NCBI GenBank assembly: GCA_031411295.1
Contig: JANOAV010000149.1
Location: forward strand, 1-23,989
Direction of reading: 5' to 3'
Length of the DNA: 23,989 nt
Origin: Verrucomicrobiales bacterium
Lineage (GTDB): Bacteria > Verrucomicrobiota > Verrucomicrobiia > Verrucomicrobiales > V1-33
Each line of letters starts with the position of its first letter. Position 1 is the first letter of the stretch. Shown here in pieces: positions 1 to 6,088 of the stretch. The notes under the pieces are model-generated. The model had not been told where the DNA came from. It was given only the letters and a program-made list of their open reading frames with translations, and did no database searches. The translations under genes and the position numbers were made by a program.

Positions 1-322
1 CCGCAAGGCCATCGAGTATTACGAGCAGCGGTTGGTCATCGCCCGTGAGATCGGGGACCGACGCGGGGAAGGCAACGCGCTGGGCAACCGCGGCCACGCC
101 TACGCTGACTTGGGAGACGCCCGCAAGGCCATCGTGTATCACGAGCAGCGCTTGGTCATCGCCCGTGAGATTGGGGACCGACGCGGGGAAGGCAACGCGC
201 TGGGCAACCTCGGCCTCGCCTACGCTGACTTGGGAGACGCCCGCAAGGCCATCGAGTATCACGACCAGCAGTTGGTCATCACCCGTGAGATCGGGGACCG
301 ACGCGGAGAAGGCAACGCGCTG
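1..322 (+). repeat. 120-bp near-identical coding tandem repeat (about 2.7 copies)
   Basis: ccgcaaggccatcg... recurs at 1, 121 and 241 with only a few substitutions. Confidence 0.95.
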
Positions 323-466
323 TGGAATTCCGCCCTGGCCTATAAAGCCCTGGGTAACCTCCCGGAAGCCATCGCCCGGGCGACGGCAGCCCTGGCAATT
401 TACGAGGCCATCGAAGACCCGTTCGCCCCGCAGGTCCGCGCGAAACTGGCGACGTGGCAGGCATAG
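2..466 (+). CDS. TPR-repeat protein, 3' end only (5' part lies outside the window)
   Basis: Frame 2 is open from the window edge. It reads 40-aa repeats ARKAIEYHEQRLVIAREIGDRRGEGNALGNLGLAYADLGD, a TPR_10/TPR_12-type repeat common at the C-terminus of STAND/CHAT proteins. Stop TAG at 464-466. Confidence 0.9.
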   Translation, partial: RKAIEYYEQRLVIAREIGDRRGEGNALGNRGHAYADLGDARKAIVYHEQRLVIAREIGDRRGEGNALGNLGLAYADLGDARKAIEYHDQQLVITREIGDRRGEGNALWNSALAYKALGNLPEAIARATAALAIYEAIEDPFAPQVRAKLATWQA

Positions 467-473
467 CCGTGGC

Positions 474-490
474 ATGGGCGTCCCGCCCAT
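474..490. repeat. Short REP-like palindrome after the TPR gene
   Basis: atgggcg-tcc-cgcccat. The core ggcgtcccgcc recurs at 5676-5686. Confidence 0.55.
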
Positions 491-528
491 CAGCCCTGCA
501 CCCCGCAGCCACCCCACTCCTCCGCCAT

Positions 529-631
529 TCGTCAATCGTAGCTCGTCAATCGTTACTCGTAAATCCATCCCTGCCCGCACCCGTCCGGCGGTTGCTTTAC
601 GAATAACGAGTGACGATGCACAATCTACGAA
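529..631. repeat. Inverted pair of heptamer arrays (TCGTCAA family) between convergent genes
   Basis: tcgtcaa tcgtagc tcgtcaa tcgttac tcgtaaa (529-563) faces its degenerate reverse complement tttacga ataacga gtgacga ... tctacga (596-630). Confidence 0.8.
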
Positions 632-655
632 AGAGCGCACCCAACCTCTCCCACC

Positions 656-3241
656 TCACCCCCCGACACGTTCCACGCCCAGAATCTTCAAGGCCGCCGC
701 TCGTTCAGGAGCTATGGTGCCATGCTTCAATCTCCGGCGTTGCCGCTGGAGCCACCGTGCTAACTCGGGATCCCCCTTCCAGTCCTTGGGCACGCGGGCA
801 TTCCCGTTGCGCTTATAGTATTTTATCAGCTTCTGGTAATTAGCCAACCAGGCGGCTTGGAGGGCTATGTCCTGAGCGCTAAGCGCCGTCGGATCCTCCC
901 AGTCGAAGCCTAGACTGTCCAGCTGGGCTTTGCGATCCGCTGGCAGTTGGCCCTGCCGGTTCAACTGCCGTTGATAGTGGCGGAACCTCCACAAGTCCGG
1001 GGCTTTCTCCCAGCCTTCGGTAACTCTCGTATGACCGAACTCCCGATGGAACTCCTGTAATAACTTAAATCTAGCTTCCCACTGGGGTTCGGTATTGGAT
1101 CTCCCTGCCAGAGGGTTCCACGCGAATCCGAGTCCTTCCAACTCCGCCGTGCGCTCTGGGGGCAGCGTGCCCACCCGGTATTTCTTGCGCACGGATGTTA
1201 CCCATCTTCCCAAGGGTGGATTCCCATCATAGGAAGCTGGCACCGAAGTATGGCCGAACTCAGATTTAAACTCTCCTAATTCCTTGATGCGTTGCTGCCA
1301 CAGATCCTCCCACATGGGTAAATGCGCCAGGCTGATGGGGGCACCTTGCGCCTCCGTGAACCCCAGGGCATTGAGTCGTTCCAGCCGTTCGGGGGCCAGC
1401 GTGCCTGTCCGCCACCGTTCCTTTTGGTGATCCAGCCATGAGGCCAGCCCTGGATGCACCCGCCATGACCGAGTCACGCGGCAGTGACCGAAATTATCGT
1501 AGAATGATTTCAGCTCCACAAAGCGCAGCTCCCAAGCATCATCCAAATGCGCATAGTCCGACGACCAGGCAAAACCGAGGGCATCCAAGCGCTCTTTGCG
1601 GTCCGGCCGCAGGTGCCCGGCCGTATGATCAATGCGTTGCTTTATCACCCACCGGGCCAGGGTCGGATTCTCCGGCCATCCCGTCTTCACCATGCAATGC
1701 CCGAAGCGCTCTTTGAATTCCACCAGCGCCTTGAAACGCAGTTCCCAAGGCACCTCGGACTGCGGTTCGTGGGTGCGAGCCAAGAAGGGACGTTCCTCCC
1801 ATTCGAACCCCAGCGCATCCAGCTGGGACCGCCGCGCCCCATTCAGTTCGCCAGCCGAGTTTAACTCCCGCTGATGGTGCCGCCACGAATAAAGCCCCGG
1901 CCATGCTTTCCCGTTGGTCTTGCTGACACGGCAGTGACCATGCTGTTTCTGAAATTCCACTAACTCTGCATAGCGACGATTCCACCGTTCATGGGTCGAA
2001 ATGAACGTGGACTCCCACGCAAATCCCAGCGCCTCCAGCCGTCGCAGCCGCTCCGGGAGCAATTCCCCATCCCGGTAAGCCGTCCGTTGATGCGCCACCC
2101 ATTTGGCCAGCGCAGGATTCTCTTTCCAGCTCGAAGCCACCTCACAATTCCCGAAGCGCTTCTGGTAATCTTCCAACTCCGTATAACGTTGCTCCCACAC
2201 CGCTGCCAGGACATCCGTCCTGCCTACACTGCTCCTCCCTCTTGGTTCCACGGTCCGCCCCGGAGGTAGGCCGTAATCCTCCTCCCACTCGAACTCCAAG
2301 CTATCCAAGCGCTCCTTGTGGGCGGCCGAGAGCTGGCCCGCCCGAAATACCTCCCGTTGATGGTGCCTCCAGGCATACAGTCCCGGCCATTCCACTTGGT
2401 GTGATTTAGTGACCCGACAGTGTCCATACGCCTCCTTAAATGCTGTCAGTTCCGCATACCGTCGTTCCCACTGCCTCTCAATATACCCGTAATCCGATTC
2501 CCAACTGAAACCCAATTCCTCCAGACGACGCGCCCGATCCGCGCGCAACTCACCTTTCTTGTGCGCTCCGCGCTGCCGCAGCACCCACTTCGCCAGATCT
2601 GGATTCTCCCGCCACCCGGTCACCACCAGGCAATTGCCAAAGCGTCCTTTAAACTCCACCAACTCACGGAAGCGCGTCTCCCACAGCTCCGCCAGATGGT
2701 GCTCCCGGTTGAGCCCGTCATAGGCAGACTCTAGCCATTCGAACCCCAGTTCATCCAGCTTAGCCTTCCGCTCATCCGTCATCATCCCCTGCCGATACAT
2801 CACCCGCTGGTGATGCCGCCAATGGCCTAACCCTGGGCAAGCGTCGTAACTTTTGGTCACACGGGTGTGGCCATGCAGCTCCTTAAATGCCACCAACTGG
2901 GCATACTTCAGCTCCCATAATGAGTCGCGATAGTCCTCCGAACCGGAATGGGAGGGTGCAGCCTCTTCCGGCGTGAGATCCACTCCAAACTCCGTTAACG
3001 CAGCCACCTTGGCGGCCGAGAGTAGCCCCTTGGCCGCAAGCTCCCGCTGCGTGTTCAGCCAACTCGCCAGGCCGCGGTAGAAAGGCGCATGAGGCGGGAC
3101 ATCGCAGTGCCCACGTTCCCGCTGGAAATCCACCAACCGCAGATACATCGACCGCCACTTCAGATCCTCCTCCTTGCTGGAAGGTGGATTTCCCTTGGGC
3201 GCAGGTTCACTTCGTTTGGAGGGCCGTTTGCGTGTGCTCAT
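656..3241 (-). CDS. Stand-alone helicase-associated (HA, PF03457-like) domain array protein, 11 repeats
   Basis: 861 aa with eleven copies of W..(R/K)(Y/F)..L..F....GH..V......L..W...QR.....G.L...R...L..LGF.W. No Walker A or DExD motifs. Confidence 0.9.
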   Translation of the reverse strand: MSTRKRPSKRSEPAPKGNPPSSKEEDLKWRSMYLRLVDFQRERGHCDVPPHAPFYRGLASWLNTQRELAAKGLLSAAKVAALTEFGVDLTPEEAAPSHSGSEDYRDSLWELKYAQLVAFKELHGHTRVTKSYDACPGLGHWRHHQRVMYRQGMMTDERKAKLDELGFEWLESAYDGLNREHHLAELWETRFRELVEFKGRFGNCLVVTGWRENPDLAKWVLRQRGAHKKGELRADRARRLEELGFSWESDYGYIERQWERRYAELTAFKEAYGHCRVTKSHQVEWPGLYAWRHHQREVFRAGQLSAAHKERLDSLEFEWEEDYGLPPGRTVEPRGRSSVGRTDVLAAVWEQRYTELEDYQKRFGNCEVASSWKENPALAKWVAHQRTAYRDGELLPERLRRLEALGFAWESTFISTHERWNRRYAELVEFQKQHGHCRVSKTNGKAWPGLYSWRHHQRELNSAGELNGARRSQLDALGFEWEERPFLARTHEPQSEVPWELRFKALVEFKERFGHCMVKTGWPENPTLARWVIKQRIDHTAGHLRPDRKERLDALGFAWSSDYAHLDDAWELRFVELKSFYDNFGHCRVTRSWRVHPGLASWLDHQKERWRTGTLAPERLERLNALGFTEAQGAPISLAHLPMWEDLWQQRIKELGEFKSEFGHTSVPASYDGNPPLGRWVTSVRKKYRVGTLPPERTAELEGLGFAWNPLAGRSNTEPQWEARFKLLQEFHREFGHTRVTEGWEKAPDLWRFRHYQRQLNRQGQLPADRKAQLDSLGFDWEDPTALSAQDIALQAAWLANYQKLIKYYKRNGNARVPKDWKGDPELARWLQRQRRRLKHGTIAPERAAALKILGVERVGG

Positions 3242-3324
3242 GGGCTCGCTTTATAGCACATTCCCACACCATGCCAACCCAAAAATAGCAACCCTTCCCG
3301 TCCACCACTCTCGACCGTCTTGAA

Positions 3325-3359
3325 TGACGAACAACGATTGACGATCTGCGATTTACGAA
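3325..3359. repeat. Heptamer array (TTGACGA family)
   Basis: tgacgaa caacgat tgacgat ctgcgat ttacgaa; same family and orientation as 597-631. Confidence 0.7.
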
Positions 3360-3374
3360 CCCCAAAGGCCCCGT

Positions 3375-3438
3375 CCTGTCCCCTGTCCCCTGTCCCCTGC
3401 CCTCTGTCCCCTTCCCCCTTCCCCCCTGCCCCCTGCCC
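3375..3438. repeat. Heptamer tandem repeat (CCTGTCC)x~9
   Basis: cctgtcc x3, cctgccc, tctgtcc, ccttccc x2, cctgccc x2, directly after the stop of the collagen-like gene. Confidence 0.9.
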
Positions 3439-3887
3439 TACCGCCGCAGCGCCTGAATCAGCTCATCCAGTTTGGCAGCCACATCCATGGCCGTGGGGCT
3501 GGGGTTAGCTGGAAGCAGCAACGCCACCCCATTACTGCTGGCGGACGTGGTGTTGATGGCATCCGAGAGTTGGATGAAGGAAACATCGCCCTGCGGCCCG
3601 GTGAGTCCGTCCTGGCCTACGGGGATGTTGAAGCTGAAGTGAACCAACGATCCATCAAAGAAGACGGAAGCGCTGGCTGGAGTCGTGGGACTCACCGTCG
3701 TGACGGAATCCACCGTCACATTGGCAAAGGCCGGGCCCGCTGGACCCGCTGGACCCGCTGCTCCGGGTGGACCGGGCGGGCCTGCGGGGATGGCGGCTAT
3801 TTGGTCCGCCAGACCTGTGAATTGACTGCGCAGCTCCCCGGCATCTATCAGGGAACTATCGAGTGGGAGAGAGGGATCGAAGGGCAT
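3438..3887 (-). CDS. Small collagen-like, phage-fibre-like protein
   Basis: 149 aa. GPPGPPGAAGPAGPAGPA, then a beta-rich insert (VTVDSVTTVSPTTPASASV..F.F.IP.G), then GQDGLTGPQG, then a C-terminal helix DVAAKLDELIQALRR. Confidence 0.75.
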   Translation of the reverse strand: MPFDPSLPLDSSLIDAGELRSQFTGLADQIAAIPAGPPGPPGAAGPAGPAGPAFANVTVDSVTTVSPTTPASASVFFDGSLVHFSFNIPVGQDGLTGPQGDVSFIQLSDAINTTSASSNGVALLLPANPSPTAMDVAAKLDELIQALRR

Positions 3888-3928
3888 AGTGCTTGAGTGA
3901 TGGGTTAAACGTGGATCACAGAATTTGC

Positions 3929-4009
3929 ACAGAAGGAAACAAAGATAACTAAGCTTAGCGATTAAAGCCTGCCATTGCTAAAGCCTTCGTTTTCTCCGTG
4001 TCCTACTGT
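3929..4009. repeat. Imperfect inverted repeat (long hairpin) between the FN3 and collagen-like genes
   Basis: acagaaggaaacaaagataactaag (3929-3953) pairs with cttcgttttctccgtgtcctactgt (3985-4009). Confidence 0.65.
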
Positions 4010-4049
4010 TCAAAAAAGTAAATCGCGCAGAGGTGGACTAAATAGCACT

Positions 4050-4787
4050 TTACGGAGCCATACACACCGCTTCATCACTGAACGGGCTTTCCACATCATT
4101 GGGGCCCATGGCCTTGAGGCGGAAGGCGTATTTCTGGCCGGAGGTTAGTCCGGTGAGCGTCGTGGTGCTGCGACCGCTGGTCTTGGCACTGGTCCACGGG
4201 CCCGGCACCGCATTGTCAGAGTGCAGACGGCATTCGATGATCCACACCTTCACCTTTGGCTGGCTCTTGCAGCTTACAATGATCTCCCCGGGGTTCGGCC
4301 CCATGGTGGCGGTCACATTCTGCGGCGGCGGCAGACTGGAAGTTACGGTGCGGGGAGATTGCACTGCAAAGCCAGAGCTGAGAATCTTCGTCTCATCCCC
4401 GCCGGAAGCCAGCTCCACGTAGGTGCCACGGGCCGTGAGCACGTCCTCCAGCGCGGCCTTATGCACATCCTTGGTGGCGCGCAGTTGCGCCAGCTCTATC
4501 TCCTTTTGCTCTATCAGAGTCAGCGTCCCGGTGTAGTTATCCAGCGCCGTGTCATAAGCCGCATCCGTGGGGGTGCGGCCTGCGATGGGGAAGTTTGCCA
4601 GGCCAGCGGTCGTGGCCATGGAGGTCTTGTGCATCAATCCCATGTCCCGAGTTTCCACATCGGTCTTGTCCTTGAGTTCCAACTTTACTTTAGCCATTTT
4701 TTTGGATAGGATGGGCGGCGCTCCACTGTCATGTGAGGCATAACGAACGCCCGAGTCATAGCGGGCGGATGAACCATAGAAGGCCAT
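4050..4787 (-). CDS. Helical N-domain plus C-terminal fibronectin type III domain protein
   Basis: FN3 signature PPPQNVTAT...GEI.V......TTLTGLTSGQKYAFRLKAMGPND.ESPFSD, preceded by long amphipathic helices. Likely start is ATG 4787 (MAFYGSSARYDSGVRY) or 4697 (MAKVKLEL), not 4889. Confidence 0.8.
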   Translation of the reverse strand: MAFYGSSARYDSGVRYASHDSGAPPILSKKMAKVKLELKDKTDVETRDMGLMHKTSMATTAGLANFPIAGRTPTDAAYDTALDNYTGTLTLIEQKEIELAQLRATKDVHKAALEDVLTARGTYVELASGGDETKILSSGFAVQSPRTVTSSLPPPQNVTATMGPNPGEIIVSCKSQPKVKVWIIECRLHSDNAVPGPWTSAKTSGRSTTTLTGLTSGQKYAFRLKAMGPNDVESPFSDEAVCMAP

Positions 4788-4887
4788 AGGATACCACAAT
4801 GGAAATGGATAACTGCCAGGTTGTGTAGCACCATCAAGTTGATTGGTCGCACCGCAGTGATGGTTTCGATGAGCCTGCGGTATGCCC

Positions 4888-4916
4888 ATACTCTTTCATA
4901 ACCCCTCCTTTGTCAA
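4888..4916 (-). promoter_or_regulatory. Candidate sigma70 promoter for the FN3/collagen genes
   Basis: TTGACA on the minus strand (4911-4916), 17-bp spacer, weak -10 GAGTAT, with an AT-rich tract upstream (4916-4945). Confidence 0.35.
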
Positions 4917-5081
4917 AAAATATTTTATAAAGTAGCAAATTATTTGTTCCGCAGGGAATACCAGAGTTAGCCGATGGGAACTGTATGTTAATCTAGGCAA
5001 TTTATTAAACTCACCAAAGCATCCGCCCTCACCCCACCGGAAAGCTTCACTTCTCCCCACAGGGATGAGTTTGAAAACAGG

Positions 5082-5139
5082 CCGCACTGTAGGGGGAGCG
5101 CCCCCGCTCCCCGCACTGTAAAGGGAGCGCCCCCGCTCC
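5082..5139. repeat. 29-bp direct repeat x2, each copy a hairpin
   Basis: ccgcactgta(gg/aa)gggagcgcccccgctcc at 5082 and 5111; internal stem ggagcg/cgctcc. Confidence 0.9.
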
Positions 5140-5344
5140 CAATCCACAGCAACAGCACTCCTGGGGACGAGGGCGTCCCCGAAACCTAGTGGGAGCGAGG
5201 GCACTCCCACTACGCCAGACCTTCTAACGCACTCCAGGAAATGCCCAACCATCCGCAGGGAAACTGATGATCCCCAGATGGCAGCCCACCGATCCCCCGC
5301 CAGCACCCGACCCATTCCTCCGTAGCAGTCGGGAAAACTCTCCG

Positions 5345-5607
5345 TAGGGAATGGCAAAACCCTCCCTAGGGGACGGGCGTCTCCTTGGTAGTGAATGCCC
5401 ATTCCCTAGGTAGGGGATGGCCGTCCCCTACCATGAGAACGCGTCTTCCCTAGGCAGGGATCGGCTCTTCCCTCCCCAGGGATCGCCCGTCCCCTTGGTA
5501 GGGAATGGTCACTCCCTAGGAAGGGGAAGCCCGTCCCCTCCCATGGGAATGGCCGTCCCCGAGTAGGGAACGGCCATCTCCTACCAAGGGAAGAGCCATC
5601 CCTACCC
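5345..5607. repeat. Non-coding tandem array of twelve 22-bp palindromic units
   Basis: Unit starts at 5345, 5367, 5389, 5411, 5433, 5455, 5477, 5499, 5521, 5543, 5564 and 5586. Approximate consensus TAGGGAAtggccgtTCCCTAss; most units fold (e.g. ggtaggggat-ggcc-gtcccctacc, 5409-5432). Confidence 0.9.
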
Positions 5608-5642
5608 CACGAAACGACCCGGCAATGGCGTTCGCAAAGCGA

Positions 5643-5835
5643 CGGGTAGGGCGGTGCCTCCGGCCCGCCGTGGTTGGCGTCCCGCCGACCACCCAGACCG
5701 TCCCGGTCCCTTGGAGCATCTTGCTCCTACTCCCAGTCTGCCCGCATATGGAGCGGGACGCTCCCTGGGGCCGGGACGGCCCATGGGTTCCGCGAGACGC
5801 GAAACCCCGGCGGGCCAGAGGCACCGCCCTACCCG
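5643..5835. mobile_element. REPIN/MITE-like foldback element with GTAG-type REP ends
   Basis: cgggtagggcggtgcctccggcccgccg (5643-5670) is inverted at 5808-5835 with 1 mismatch. Inner arms ccgtcccggtcccttggagcatcttgctcc and ggagcgggacgctccctggggccgggacgg are also complementary. Confidence 0.7.
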
Positions 5836-6011
5836 GCGTTTTGGCCACGAAACTGCTGGAACCTCCGCTGGAGTCCGGGCAAGGATCCATGGGAAACGAG
5901 ACCGCACCCACCCGCAGCCAACACCCCAAGCCCCAAACCACTCAGCACACTCCCTGACGGACTAAAGTCCATCACTACTTTTCTCAAAGCCCCTCCGATG
6001 GGGAGATTTCC

Positions 6012-6077
6012 GTTTTCATTCTTCAGTTTCCGTCCATCGTAGCCCTGCTGAAAACTGAAATCTGAAAACTGAAAACT
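6012..6077. repeat. CTGAAAA heptamer array with a degenerate inverted partner, just upstream of the first Roco start
   Basis: ctgaaaa ctgaaat ctgaaaa ctgaaaa (6048-6075); inverted ttttcat tcttcag (about 6013-6026). Confidence 0.8.
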
Positions 6078-6088
6078 TTCCGCCACCC

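Noticed and set aside
45..843. ORFs 45-818, 279-512 and 610-843
   Set aside because: Shadow frames of the TPR repeat and of the HA gene end.
3438..4787. Prophage remnant
   Set aside because: No integrase, terminase, capsid or att sites visible; only fibre-like sequence features.
4834..4899. 21-aa minus-strand ORF preceded by AAGGAGG (MKEYGHTAGSSKPSLRCDQST)
   Set aside because: The SD-like sequence sits inside the putative promoter spacer, other genes here mostly lack SD motifs, and the peptide has no features.
5345..5607. CRISPR array interpretation of the 22-bp repeats
   Set aside because: Units abut with no 25-45-bp unique spacers, the repeats are degenerate, and no cas genes are in the window.
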